A stretch of DNA of 64,000 bases from Desulfobacterales bacterium (GCA_046484425.1 JAWOIY010000023.1:27771-91770); one strand, 5' to 3'. Counted from the first letter of the stretch, positions 50,446-63,463 are shown. Notes: generated by a model not told the origin, from the letters alone. Numbers and translations: made by a program.

Positions 50446-51627
50446 CTATCCGTGCGGTGAGGGTGCCGGTGCTTCGGTCTTGGCCGGCGGCGCAGGTGTA
50501 GGTGCCGGTAATGTTGCCCCTTTCTGTTCGGCCTTCAGTGATTCAATCTTTTTGTCCACGGCATCCATTTTTTCATTAATCAAATCCAGCCTTGCATCAT
50601 CGACGTCCAGGCGCGCGGCTTCGGAAAGAAATCCTTTTGCCTCTTTAAGATCGGCAAGGGTGGGTTTGCTGGCAGCCACATCCGCCTTGTACACAAGAAT
50701 CATTAGATCGATGTTGTTTAATCGGCTGAAAACAGCTTCGGCAGAGTCAGGTGTTGTCTTATAGAGCATCGCTGTATTTAAATATTGTTTTATTCCTCCA
50801 AAATCCGGCAGGCCCGGAACTTTCAGGAGCGTATCCGCTTTTTCCACATAATAATTGAAAATAATCGGGTATACATCGGTTTTAGAATAAATGTCTTTGG
50901 TTTTTTCGGGTTTTTGAATGCCGGGCAGAGAGATCAGGAGCTCTTCACCCATGGGGGCAAACCTTCCCTGAAAGATTTCCAGTGCACCGTCTGTTGAACG
51001 GATATAATATTTCCCATTGTTTATCATACTGCTTCCAACAACAAGTGCGATGAGGAGGACGACAGCCGCAGCCAGATATTTCATGCCCTTTTCCATGGGG
51101 TCTGCGGGGAGGGTGTCTCCGCTATCAGGCGGCTCATATGATACCGAAACTTTAGGTTCCGCGGCTTTTTCAGCGGCAGCTTTATCGGCAGCAGTTTTTT
51201 CAGCAGCGGCTTTATCGGCAGCAGTTTTTTCAGCAGCAGCTTTATCGACGGCAGCTTTTTCAGCAGCGGCTTTATCGCCGGCAGCCTTAATCTCAGCCAA
51301 ATCAAACTTTTTCAGCAGGAGATCCCTGATTCGCTTTTGTTCTTCTTCCGACCCGGAAATAAAGGGAGGTGCCGTGACATCCTTCACGTCTGGAGTTACC
51401 GTATAAATTTTCTCGGGCTTCCAAACATCGAACTTTTTCTGAAGCAGTTCATTCACAGAAACCACTTTCTTTTTAGGCTCAGGGGCAGGTTTGGGTTCAG
51501 GTGCGGCTTTGGTCTTCGGAGCAGCTTTTGGCTTAGATGCCGCCTTGACTTTTGGAGCGGCTTTTGATTTTTTGGCAGCCTTTTTTTTCCCTTTGGTCGT
51601 CGACTTAACCAAACTGTTTTTTCCCAT
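50446..51627 (-). CDS. TolA-like Lys/Ala/Pro-rich single-pass membrane protein
   Basis: Histone-like N-terminus, (AAAEK/TAADK)n repeats, central TM helix, helical C-terminal domain. Confidence 0.75.
   Translation of the reverse strand: MGKNSLVKSTTKGKKKAAKKSKAAPKVKAASKPKAAPKTKAAPEPKPAPEPKKKVVSVNELLQKKFDVWKPEKIYTVTPDVKDVTAPPFISGSEEEQKRIRDLLLKKFDLAEIKAAGDKAAAEKAAVDKAAAEKTAADKAAAEKTAADKAAAEKAAEPKVSVSYEPPDSGDTLPADPMEKGMKYLAAAVVLLIALVVGSSMINNGKYYIRSTDGALEIFQGRFAPMGEELLISLPGIQKPEKTKDIYSKTDVYPIIFNYYVEKADTLLKVPGLPDFGGIKQYLNTAMLYKTTPDSAEAVFSRLNNIDLMILVYKADVAASKPTLADLKEAKGFLSEAARLDVDDARLDLINEKMDAVDKKIESLKAEQKGATLPAPTPAPPAKTEAPAPSPHG
51163..51285. repeat. 15-bp coding tandem repeat (about 8 units, with 30-bp higher-order period)
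   Basis: Alternating units such as GCTTTATCGGCAGCA and GTTTTTTCAGCAGCG encode AAAEK/TAADK. Confidence 0.85.
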
Positions 51628-51755
51628 AAAAAACCTCTTAGAAATTGATTGTGGCGTTGTACATAAAACCAATTATATGTTATATTACCCTAAAGGAATT
51701 GGAAAAAATTATATATATGAATCAAAATGCTTTGTAAACATTTTTTTATTTGAAT

Positions 51756-52574
51756 ATGGACAAGAACCCCTTGGCAAAAAAAAAGGATCATCTTCTTTCG
51801 ATCTTAAAAGGATATGGATCTCTCCTGGTAGCCTATTCCGGCGGTGTTGACAGCTCCTTTTTGCTGGCAGCGGCTCATGAAGCTTTGGGTCGCAATCTGC
51901 TTGCCGTTACCGCAGCGTCTCCGCTTCATCCGGAACGGGAAATTCGGGCAGCAACGGTGTTCGCCAAAGAACTTGGTGTCGAGCACATGATCATTCAGTC
52001 AAAGGAAATGAGCCTGCGCGATTTTACTGCCAACACCGAAGATCGGTGTTATGTGTGCAAAAAAAATCTTTTAGAGGTTTTGTTGAAAATCGCAAAAGAA
52101 AGGAAAATTATACACGTGGCCCATGGGGCAAACGTCGATGATTTAAATGATTATCGTCCGGGATTTGCCGCTGCCGGCGAAATGGGAATCAAAGCGCCTT
52201 TAGTGGATGCGGGAATGACAAAAAACGATATCCGGATGATTTCAAAGCAGATGAACCTAAAAACATGGAACAAACCGCCAATGGCATGCCTTGCCACCAG
52301 AATTCCATATGGAACACCCATAACCTTTAAAGCCCTTAACATGGTGGCGCAGGCCGAACAGGTTTTATTTGACCTTGGTTTTACGGGATGCCGGGTTAGA
52401 GTGCATGGCGACGTTGCCAGAATTGAGGTCGATACCAAAGATATTGAAAAAATAATCGATCGAAAAATCAGACCCGTCATCATCGAAAAATTGAGAACAA
52501 TCGGATTTTCTCATGTGGCCGTAGACTTGGAAGGGTATCGATCAGGGAGTATGAACAGGGCTTTAAGTCGATAA
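51756..52574 (+). CDS. larE: ATP-dependent sulfur transferase LarE
   Basis: PP-loop SGGVDS, RCYVCK, DYRPG, ACLATRIPYG, RVRVHG, DLEGYRSGSMN. Confidence 0.9.
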   Translation: MDKNPLAKKKDHLLSILKGYGSLLVAYSGGVDSSFLLAAAHEALGRNLLAVTAASPLHPEREIRAATVFAKELGVEHMIIQSKEMSLRDFTANTEDRCYVCKKNLLEVLLKIAKERKIIHVAHGANVDDLNDYRPGFAAAGEMGIKAPLVDAGMTKNDIRMISKQMNLKTWNKPPMACLATRIPYGTPITFKALNMVAQAEQVLFDLGFTGCRVRVHGDVARIEVDTKDIEKIIDRKIRPVIIEKLRTIGFSHVAVDLEGYRSGSMNRALSR

Positions 52575-52611
52575 ACCGCAACTTATTAATAAATGCCGGG
52601 TCAAGTACGGC

Positions 52612-54279
<1,668 letters not shown>

Positions 54280-54370
54280 TTACGCCCAAAGACAATTTGG
54301 CGGTTTTGGAAATATATAGCGCTTTAAAATAACCATTTTTTATGGCAATTGTGGCAAAGCCCCTAAGTTC

Positions 54371-55213
54371 TTATTTATATATTTTTTTGAATTCCTCAAT
54401 GGTTTTTTGAACTTCATCCAAATCCTCTTTAGCCTCGTTTTCCTGTTCATCAGAAGCACGCCGGGGATATTGTAACTTAAGTTTCCGGATGTCAAAAAAA
54501 TCTGCCGGAAAAGAAGGATCCTCTTTGATGTCCTGTACATAAATTTCGCGAACCAGGGCATCGTTGGAAAAAATTTCGATACGCATCGGATACCAGCTGT
54601 GACCCAATTTTTTCCAATCAAGATATACAACTTCCAGGTGCTGATTTGCGCTGGTTGTCATTATCCAGCGAAAAGGCAGAAAGGTATTTTTATCCAGCCA
54701 TATCTGGTGCGCGGTTTCATCAGGATATTGGGCACCCAGAACATATGCCGGTTTACCTTGAAAACGTCCGAGGCTTGAAATGTTAGTATTTACACCCAGA
54801 TGGGACAACCGTTTTTGAAGAATTTCTCTGGACCTGAAAAGGAGAAGATCTTTGTAAAGATCGTAGCGGCTTTCGGGTTCGTCTGAAATTTTTTTATCCA
54901 TGACTGTCAAGGCTTCGTTTTTGGATAAGATATGAATTCTTTGAATGTTTTCTGATAAAATATCTGAACGGAAGATATTCGGGAAGATGAACGTTAAGGT
55001 TTCACTGAGTTCAACCCCGCTTTTTTTCAATGTGTCATCATGCAGCACCAGTTTCTGAACCACCATGAGGCGCTTGGCATTGCCAAGATTTTGAGTCATT
55101 AATTTGAGAAGGTAGGGACCCGGCAGGACATAGGCACGAAGAGCGGCAGGGTGAAAACCCAATGTTAAAAAAAAGAAGAAAATAACCAGCGATTTTTTCT
55201 GATGGTATCGCAT
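54371..55213 (-). CDS. Exported hypothetical protein, LolA-like fold
   Basis: Signal peptide; IWLDKNTFLPFR beta-rich motif typical of LolA/LppX-like proteins. Confidence 0.65.
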   Translation of the reverse strand: MRYHQKKSLVIFFFFLTLGFHPAALRAYVLPGPYLLKLMTQNLGNAKRLMVVQKLVLHDDTLKKSGVELSETLTFIFPNIFRSDILSENIQRIHILSKNEALTVMDKKISDEPESRYDLYKDLLLFRSREILQKRLSHLGVNTNISSLGRFQGKPAYVLGAQYPDETAHQIWLDKNTFLPFRWIMTTSANQHLEVVYLDWKKLGHSWYPMRIEIFSNDALVREIYVQDIKEDPSFPADFFDIRKLKLQYPRRASDEQENEAKEDLDEVQKTIEEFKKIYK

Positions 55214-55268
55214 CCCGATTTATAGAACCATTGCCGTGCCTGATATTCTAAAGTCAATAGAAGAGCAT

Positions 55269-56558
<1,290 letters not shown>

Positions 56559-56745
56559 TTAGGTTGGTAGGGCGATGTGTTCGAAATCACACACAAGATC
56601 CAACCCTGCATATGCATTTTTGCACCTTGACAATTTTCGCATAAATGTTACTCTCCTAATAATTTATTGTCAAGAAGCCAGATAGCGTTATCTTGGAATG
56701 TTTGATTCCAAAACACAGTATTCTGTTTGATCGAAAGTCTTGGTT

Positions 56746-57162
56746 ATGATGCAAGAGCATAATTTATATTCCAATGCACATCTTGTGGTCGCAGCCATAA
56801 GGATTTTCACCCACAAGAATTCAAGACATCCTTCTATGGATGAAATTTGCCGAACCCTATCTTTTTCTTTGGAACAAGGCAACCTAATATGCAACAAGCT
56901 GAGGGGCATGGGGATTATTGATATGGTGGAAGGCGCTTTCGGAAACCAACTTTTTATCAAGGATCATTTGAAAATAGAAGAAATCTCAAGGGATAAAAAG
57001 GAAGACAAATTCGAGGAGGCGCTTAAAAAATTTCAGGATTCAAAAAAAGATTTTTCCAAACAAATCGAATCGTTTCAGGATAAACAGGCCCAGAAGCAAA
57101 AAGCCCTTTTTGCGGAACTGGAAGAAAAACTGAAAAAAGGTTCGGATAAAACCAAACCCTAA
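56746..57162 (+). CDS. Hypothetical protein (wHTH-like N-terminus, coiled-coil C-terminus)
   Basis: PSMDEICRTL...KLRGMGII; charged helical tail. Confidence 0.7.
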   Translation: MMQEHNLYSNAHLVVAAIRIFTHKNSRHPSMDEICRTLSFSLEQGNLICNKLRGMGIIDMVEGAFGNQLFIKDHLKIEEISRDKKEDKFEEALKKFQDSKKDFSKQIESFQDKQAQKQKALFAELEEKLKKGSDKTKP

Positions 57163-57190
57163 CCCGAATATACGTGAAAAGTGTATTCGG

Positions 57191-58177
57191 CTATAATCTC
57201 CATCCCCAGAACTTGAGAAATGCCTCAAAATCCCACATGGCCGAGGCGTTACGATTCCAGGGCTTAAGGCTGGTATAGAAAGGGTTGCCGGTTTCTTTGC
57301 TGTCACCGTAAACCTTATCGGTTCCTACAAAAAAATCAAGACTCAACAGACTTAAAAAAATCGACTCCCAGGGTTTGATCGATCCCTTGACGTGGCCCTT
57401 CAAGACACCCGTATCATAGTAAAAACTTGTTGTAGTATTGTCTAAAGGGATTTGTTCGAGCTCCTGAATCGGTTTTAACGGTGCAGGTATGATGGTAAAA
57501 AATCGAGAAGTTTTTATGTTTTTTTCGTCCACAACCTCAAGATCCATAACCCGGTGAACACCGGGTCTTATGTGAATCAGCAATTTGGAAGTGTTCCGGT
57601 TTGCATAGTTCAGACGTGCCGGCAAAATTTCCCCGTAGATATTAAGCGGTTTATCCTGCCATTTCACCGGCAACGCATCACCGGGTAAAAAAGAGGTCGG
57701 GACGATGGCGAGATAACAGCCACAAGCGCCCACCGTCGTTACCAAAACCGGTCTTTTGGCGGAATCGAAGGTAATTACCACCATGAGTCCGACGTTGTTT
57801 CCCGCACTGAGATAAAAGGGAATCAGACTGAAAGGTACCTTCGGAAAATGAACCCGGTAAATCAAGTTGGTGTATCGCCCTTTTGGGGTGGCAAATTGAC
57901 GTTTTTGATAATAAATGGCGGGATGGTCCGTATCTACATAAATTTTTTCGTTTCCCTGATGGTCGTATTTCGCTGAAGGCCTGCCGATGCGATTGTATGT
58001 CATTGTGTTGTCGTGAACCAGAAACAGCGGAGCCTGTTGGAATATGAGGCTTTCTTCCATACCCTGACCCTGATAAACGGTTTTTGTTTTTTCAACAGGG
58101 ATTTTTTTATGATGCGCGCACCCTGTAAGGATCAGCAGCATGGCCGGAATCAATATGCGAAGGCATTTGAAAAACAT
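57191..58177 (-). CDS. Hypothetical lipoprotein
   Basis: GAGGAGG RBS, lipobox LTGC, CGC motif, C-terminal FLKFWGWRL. Confidence 0.75.
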   Translation of the reverse strand: MFFKCLRILIPAMLLILTGCAHHKKIPVEKTKTVYQGQGMEESLIFQQAPLFLVHDNTMTYNRIGRPSAKYDHQGNEKIYVDTDHPAIYYQKRQFATPKGRYTNLIYRVHFPKVPFSLIPFYLSAGNNVGLMVVITFDSAKRPVLVTTVGACGCYLAIVPTSFLPGDALPVKWQDKPLNIYGEILPARLNYANRNTSKLLIHIRPGVHRVMDLEVVDEKNIKTSRFFTIIPAPLKPIQELEQIPLDNTTTSFYYDTGVLKGHVKGSIKPWESIFLSLLSLDFFVGTDKVYGDSKETGNPFYTSLKPWNRNASAMWDFEAFLKFWGWRL

Positions 58178-58474
58178 CGTAATAATTTCCTCCTCGTCCG
58201 TGTCAGATTTTCAAAAACAACTCTAAAGCCGTCAAAATAGGTCTTATATGTCTCGGACCAATATAATTACAGCACATCCATTGTAAAAATAAACTCAAAA
58301 AGATAACCTTTTCGCGCTTTTTCGGAATTCACAAGGATTTCGATCATTTTTTGATAGACTCTATTCAGATCTCTTGGTATCAGTATGGACTACTGAATGA
58401 TTTATATAAAAAATGATTACACGCCATCGTTGTGTAATCTCATGCTCTAAAGCAGGAAAGGATTCCTATTGAAA

Positions 58475-59314
58475 ATGAATAAAAAGACGATCGTATTCGG
58501 TATATTGTTATGTTTATTAATGGTCGGTTCGGGATGGACCGGCGAAAAAGAAATAAAGGAGAATCCTGTGTATGTCTTTCAAACAACCCTCGGGGATATT
58601 GAAGTGAAGCTGTTTCGGAACGATGCCCCAAAAACGGTCGACAATTTTATCGGTCTGGCCGAAGGTACCAAAGAATTTGAGGAACCCAAGACCGGCAAAA
58701 AGGTGAAACGCCCCTATTACGACGGTCTGATTTTTCACCGGGTGATCAAGGATTTCATGATCCAAGGCGGCTGCCCGCTGGGTAACGGACGGGGGGGGCC
58801 GGGCTATGCCTTTGCCGACGAAATAGACGCCAAAGGACTGGGGCTGGACAATATAAATGCATTCGATCCACAAAAAGGCCCACATCCTTTTTTGATGATT
58901 CGCGGTCAGGAGGAGTTTCAGCGCAACCTGCTCATGCCTTTGTTTCAGGCGTTGAGCATCAACTCACAGGAAGAACTGGACCGAAAAAAAGAAGAGGTTG
59001 AGATCAGGCTCGAAACACTGACCATCAAAGAAGCTTACGAAAATTTAGGATATGTCTATTCAGAAAACGGATCAGACCATCCGCCGGTACGCGGTTCGCT
59101 GGCCATGGCAAATTCGGGCCCCAACACCAACGGATCCCAATTTTTCGTCAATCTGGTGGATACAAATTGGCTAATCGGCAAACATACGGTATTTGGAAAA
59201 GTGGTGAACGGGATGGACGTGGTGGATAAGATCGGAGCCGTCGATGTCGATTCAGCGAGCAAACCGGTTAAGGATGTGAAAATTATCTCCATTCACCGGA
59301 AGACGTCACCGTAG
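58475..59314 (+). CDS. Exported cyclophilin-type peptidyl-prolyl isomerase with a large insertion
   Basis: [44 protein letters not shown]. Confidence 0.92.
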   Translation: MNKKTIVFGILLCLLMVGSGWTGEKEIKENPVYVFQTTLGDIEVKLFRNDAPKTVDNFIGLAEGTKEFEEPKTGKKVKRPYYDGLIFHRVIKDFMIQGGCPLGNGRGGPGYAFADEIDAKGLGLDNINAFDPQKGPHPFLMIRGQEEFQRNLLMPLFQALSINSQEELDRKKEEVEIRLETLTIKEAYENLGYVYSENGSDHPPVRGSLAMANSGPNTNGSQFFVNLVDTNWLIGKHTVFGKVVNGMDVVDKIGAVDVDSASKPVKDVKIISIHRKTSP

Positions 59315-59408
59315 TCCTCGGGTATTTTTTGACATCAAATTTTGAAAAACTCGTAAAAGGTCCGAATACATCTGGTTTTAGGTTGGAGCTTTTTTTTTAC
59401 AAATACTT

Positions 59409-59598
59409 GACAAACTTGTAAAAAGTCTTTTGTGAGCGACATTTGAGCATTTGGGGAATCAGCGTTTCAAGCGGGGAAGCGTTAAAAATTTCAAGCTGTT
59501 TGAGGCGCTTGCGCCGAGTTCTTGAAATTTAGCGTCACCGATGGAAACGCCCCCAAATGGTTACGGAGCGAGCAATATCGACTTTTTACGAAACCATC
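59409..59598. mobile_element. 190-bp MITE, copy 2 (inverted relative to copy 1)
   Basis: GACAAACTTGTAAAAAGTC ... GACTTTTTACGAAACCATC; AATACTT duplicated at 59402-59408 and 59599-59605. Confidence 0.9.
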
Positions 59599-59698
59599 AA
59601 TACTTAAAACGCTCGCAAAAAGAAATTTATGACTTTTTACGAAACCATCAAATTTAGCTTACTGGTGAGAGCGGATAGTCCCGATTCGGAGAATTAAT

Positions 59699-60820
59699 AT
59701 GGGATTTTGCCTCATGGAAGGGAATGAAGCGGTGGCCTGGGGGGCGGTTGCTTCAGGATGCCGTTTTTTTGCCGGGTATCCCATCACCCCTGCAACTTCC
59801 ATAGTCAATACCATGCTCAAACTGCTGCCGCCCTTAGGGGGCGTCTGCCTTCAGGGTGAAGACGAAATCGCTTCCATCGGCTACTGCCTGGGGGCTTCCA
59901 TGGGCGGTTTAAAAGTTATGACCGCCACATCAGGTCCGGGAGTCAGTCTGTACAGCGAGCATATTTCCTTTGCCATCGGAAGCGAGATTCCCATTGTTAT
60001 TGTCGATGTTCAGCGGCTCGGCCCATCCACAGGCTCAGCGACCCGGGGTGCGGATGGCGATATCCAGTTCCTGCGATGGGGCAACAGCGGCGGGCTGCCG
60101 GCCATTGTACTTGCCCCTGTGGATGTCCTTGACTGTTATTTATTGACCATTCAAGCCTTTAATCTTGCCGAAGCATTCAGGTGTCCGGTATTTATTGCAT
60201 CCAATAAAGAGATCGGGATGACCCGAGAGAATATGGATATGGATGCCGTTGAAGTGCCCAAAATTATCGAACGCACAGCTCCTCCGGCCGGGAAATCGTT
60301 TGTTCCTTTTGAAGCGCCTTCCGGCAGCAAGACACCCTACTTCTTACCCATCGGCGGTGATGTGATCGTTCGCCAGACCTCCTCGACGCATGGGACCGAC
60401 GGATATATTACCACCGATTCCGATGAAATTGCCCGAATCCTGGACAGGCTCAAAACCAAGGTTGTTTCCCAGGTGGACAGGTTCAGTTATCATGAATCGT
60501 ATTTGGAAGAAGACGCGGATACGCTTCTTTTGACCTATGGGATTACGGCTCGTGCCGCGCGCGACGTTTATCGTTTGCAAAAAAGCGCCGGAAGACCGGT
60601 GTCCCTTCTGATTCTCAAAACCCTTTGGCCGGTTCCCGAAAAGCTTATCCGTAAACACGCAGAACGTGTCCAACGGGTAATTGTGGCGGAGATGAATCTC
60701 GGGCAGTATGTTCGGGAAATAGAGCGTATCCTTCCGCATAAAACCATCGATTTTTTTGGCCAAATGGACGGCCGCCTCATATCCCCCAGACAGATCCAGG
60801 AGGTTGTTGCGCATGTATAG
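59699..60820 (+). CDS. 2-oxoacid:ferredoxin oxidoreductase alpha subunit
   Basis: GNEAVA, AGYPITPAT, EDEIAS, TATSGPG, QRLGPSTG, EMNLGQ. Confidence 0.92.
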   Translation: MGFCLMEGNEAVAWGAVASGCRFFAGYPITPATSIVNTMLKLLPPLGGVCLQGEDEIASIGYCLGASMGGLKVMTATSGPGVSLYSEHISFAIGSEIPIVIVDVQRLGPSTGSATRGADGDIQFLRWGNSGGLPAIVLAPVDVLDCYLLTIQAFNLAEAFRCPVFIASNKEIGMTRENMDMDAVEVPKIIERTAPPAGKSFVPFEAPSGSKTPYFLPIGGDVIVRQTSSTHGTDGYITTDSDEIARILDRLKTKVVSQVDRFSYHESYLEEDADTLLLTYGITARAARDVYRLQKSAGRPVSLLILKTLWPVPEKLIRKHAERVQRVIVAEMNLGQYVREIERILPHKTIDFFGQMDGRLISPRQIQEVVAHV

Positions 60821-62111
60821 TCTGCTGAACAGCAGCAGGCCGCCGGTATTCTGTCCGGGGTGTTCCCATGATCGGATTACCCGTGCACTTGACCAGGCCT
60901 TTTCGAACTTGGGTTTAAAGGGAGAGGAGATCGTTATTGTTACGGATATCGGGTGTTCCGGGCTTTTTGATACGTTTTTCAATACCCACGCCTTTCACGG
61001 TCTGCACGGAAGGGCGTTGACCTATGCCACGGGTTTGAAATTGGCCCGTCCGGAACTGAATGTCATCGTGACCATGGGGGACGGCGGACTGGGGATCGGC
61101 GGCGCCCACGTCCTTTCCGCATGCCGTCGAAATCTCGATATAACGCTGCTGGTCTTGAACAACTTCAATTTCGGAATGACCGGCGGCCAGTTTTCAGCAA
61201 CCACACCCATAACGGCCCATGTGGGGTCCGGTTTTCTCAACCGGATCGAACATCCGCTGGACGTTTGCCGGATGGCTGGATCGGCAGGCGCCGCTTATGT
61301 GCAACGCTGTTCGAGTTATGCGAAAAATCTTTCGGAAGAAATAGAGAACGCCGTTGGCTTTCAGGGGTTTTCCATTCTCGACATTTGGGGAATCTGCCCG
61401 GGACGCTATACCAGACGTAACAGGCTGACGTCCGCAATTATCGAGGAATCCCTTGCCAGAATGCCGTCCCTCGAAAATCCGGTATCCGAAAACCTCAGAA
61501 AAGAATATGGCCGATATTACAGGGAACTGGCCGACGAGCAAGCGCCGGTCTCGCCCCCGAAAAAAATTAAAGCGCAGTTGGAGCCCCCTGAACCCGGCAG
61601 AAAGGATGTGGTTATTCTGGGCAGTGCCGGACAGCGGATCATCACCGCCGGTGAAATCTTGTGTATGGCCGGGCTTACAGCCGGACTTCAAACCACCCAG
61701 AAAAATGAGTACAACATCACCGTACTCAGAGGGCATTCCATAACGGAAGTGATTCTGTCTCCATTTAAGATCGGCTACACGGGAATCGAGGATCCGGATG
61801 TTGTTCTGGCGCTGAGCCAGGAAGGTGTGGACCGCAAAAAATATCTTTTTAATGCGCTGAATGAAAACGCCCTGATCATACAGGCATCCGGGGTTACAGT
61901 CCCGCCAAGTAATGCCGGGATTCATCCGGTAGATTTTAAATCACAGAAAATCAAGTCCCCTGACTGGGTCTTGGCCGCAATATCCGTTCTTGCTAAAATG
62001 AATAGGGTCATCCATCTCGAGATGCTTAAGACTGCCCTTGAATACAGGTTCAAGGGTGAAATCCTGGCATCTGCACTGAATTTGGCAGACCGGGTGGAAA
62101 TGGGGATTTGA
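60813..62111 (+). CDS. 2-oxoacid:ferredoxin oxidoreductase beta subunit fused to a gamma domain
   Basis: FCPGC, DIGC, HGRA, TPP motif GDGG...NNFNFGMTGGQ; C-terminal gamma-like GSAGQRIITAG; AGGAGG RBS. Confidence 0.88.
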   Translation: MYSLLNSSRPPVFCPGCSHDRITRALDQAFSNLGLKGEEIVIVTDIGCSGLFDTFFNTHAFHGLHGRALTYATGLKLARPELNVIVTMGDGGLGIGGAHVLSACRRNLDITLLVLNNFNFGMTGGQFSATTPITAHVGSGFLNRIEHPLDVCRMAGSAGAAYVQRCSSYAKNLSEEIENAVGFQGFSILDIWGICPGRYTRRNRLTSAIIEESLARMPSLENPVSENLRKEYGRYYRELADEQAPVSPPKKIKAQLEPPEPGRKDVVILGSAGQRIITAGEILCMAGLTAGLQTTQKNEYNITVLRGHSITEVILSPFKIGYTGIEDPDVVLALSQEGVDRKKYLFNALNENALIIQASGVTVPPSNAGIHPVDFKSQKIKSPDWVLAAISVLAKMNRVIHLEMLKTALEYRFKGEILASALNLADRVEMGI

Positions 62112-62227
62112 TGTTTAATGCAGAATTTGGCTGAGAAACAGTTTGGTTCGATCGTACCGGGGTCTCTTTGTCCATAAAAACACTTAACCCCTCCTTGAAA
62201 ATTCCTTTTTCAAGTTTCTACTGTAAT

Positions 62228-62372
62228 TCGACACTGAATCCTTGCCCGGACCACTTCGTCAACGAATGCGGCCGTATAAAGGACAAGTCCCGGCAGCAGC
62301 ACAATGAACTCCGAAGATAAGGTCAGGCCCCCTGTAAAATAAAATCCTTAACGCTTCGGCATATTCAATTCG
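62228..62372 (-). pseudogene. AapQ-like amino-acid ABC permease fragment
   Basis: ELNMPKR*GFYFTGGLTLSSEFIVLLPGLVLYTAAFVDEVVRARIQ is a degenerate form of GFNFxGG...PEFxALLxGLxxYTAAFIAEIVRAGI. Confidence 0.75.
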
Positions 62373-62443
62373 GACGGTATTCTTCACAATTTCTTATAGA
62401 TGCCGATACCTTATTTGTTTCCATATCATCCATATATATTCGG

Positions 62444-63463
62444 TTACCTGAAGGGAGCGGCGTACATGATGCCGCCGTCGGTCCACAGGGCATTCAAGCC
62501 GCGCTCAAGACCATGGGAAGTATTCACACCCACATTGCGCTCGAAGATTTCGCCATAGTTTCCTACCTGTTTAACGATGTTGTATGCCCACTTTTCATCC
62601 AGCCCAAGCGCTTTTCCCATACCCGGGGTTACCCCCAGGAAGCGCTGGATCTCAGGATCTTTGCTTTGAAGAATCTCATCGACATTTTTGGATGTAATTC
62701 CGAATTCCTCAGCCTGGATCAGGGCCATAACCGTCCAGTTGACAATATCATACCACTGGTCGTCACCATGGCGAACCACCGGTGCCAGGGGTTCTTTGGA
62801 GATAATTTCAGGGAGCAACACGTAGTCTTTGGGGTTTGGGGCCACGGACCTGTAGGCCGCCAATTGAGAAATATCGGAGGTCAGAACGTCACAGCGCCCG
62901 GCAAAAAATGCTTTTGAAAGTTCATCGGTCTGCTCGATGACCACCGGCTTCCACGTAAAGCCATTTTTTCGGAAAAAATCCGCAGCATTCATTTCGGGGG
63001 TGGTTCCCGGGAGAATACATACGGTGGCGCCCCCCAGTTCCTTCGCACTTTTTATTCCCTTTTTTTTCGGCACCAAAAATCCCTGGCCGTCGTAATAGTT
63101 GACATGGACGAAATTCAGACCGTTTGTGGTCTCTCGGGTAAGGGTCTGGGTGGTATTGCTGCAAAGGACGTCAATTTCTTTGGACTGAAGTGCAGGCAGG
63201 CCCTGGACATCGGTGAGCGGAATATATTTTACCTTGTTTGAATCGCCGAATACCGCGGCTGCAATGGCCTTTGCGGTATCCACATCCAGACCTTTCCATA
63301 CGCCTTCCTCGTCCTGCATGCTGAAACCGAAAACGCCGCCGTTTACACCGGCCTTTATAAATCCGTCTTTCTGGACATCCTGAAGCGTGCCTGCAACGGC
63401 CATGCCGGCGGTAACCATTAGCAGCGCCAGTACAACTGCCAGAGCTGTCTTGATAGATTTCAT
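62444..63463 (-). CDS. aapJ: General L-amino-acid ABC transporter substrate-binding protein (AapJ/BztA-like)
   Basis: AAGGAGG RBS, signal peptide, YYDGQGF, ISKEPLAP, VGNYGEIFERN, GLNALW...YAAPFR. Confidence 0.9.
   Translation of the reverse strand: MKSIKTALAVVLALLMVTAGMAVAGTLQDVQKDGFIKAGVNGGVFGFSMQDEEGVWKGLDVDTAKAIAAAVFGDSNKVKYIPLTDVQGLPALQSKEIDVLCSNTTQTLTRETTNGLNFVHVNYYDGQGFLVPKKKGIKSAKELGGATVCILPGTTPEMNAADFFRKNGFTWKPVVIEQTDELSKAFFAGRCDVLTSDISQLAAYRSVAPNPKDYVLLPEIISKEPLAPVVRHGDDQWYDIVNWTVMALIQAEEFGITSKNVDEILQSKDPEIQRFLGVTPGMGKALGLDEKWAYNIVKQVGNYGEIFERNVGVNTSHGLERGLNALWTDGGIMYAAPFR

Noticed and set aside
51163-51285. Tandem repeats as a possible CRISPR array
   Set aside because: The units are contiguous, in-frame and coding, with no unique spacers and no cas genes.
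60344-61925. Long minus-strand ORFs (212 aa and 243 aa)
   Set aside because: They are antisense shadows of the oxidoreductase genes.
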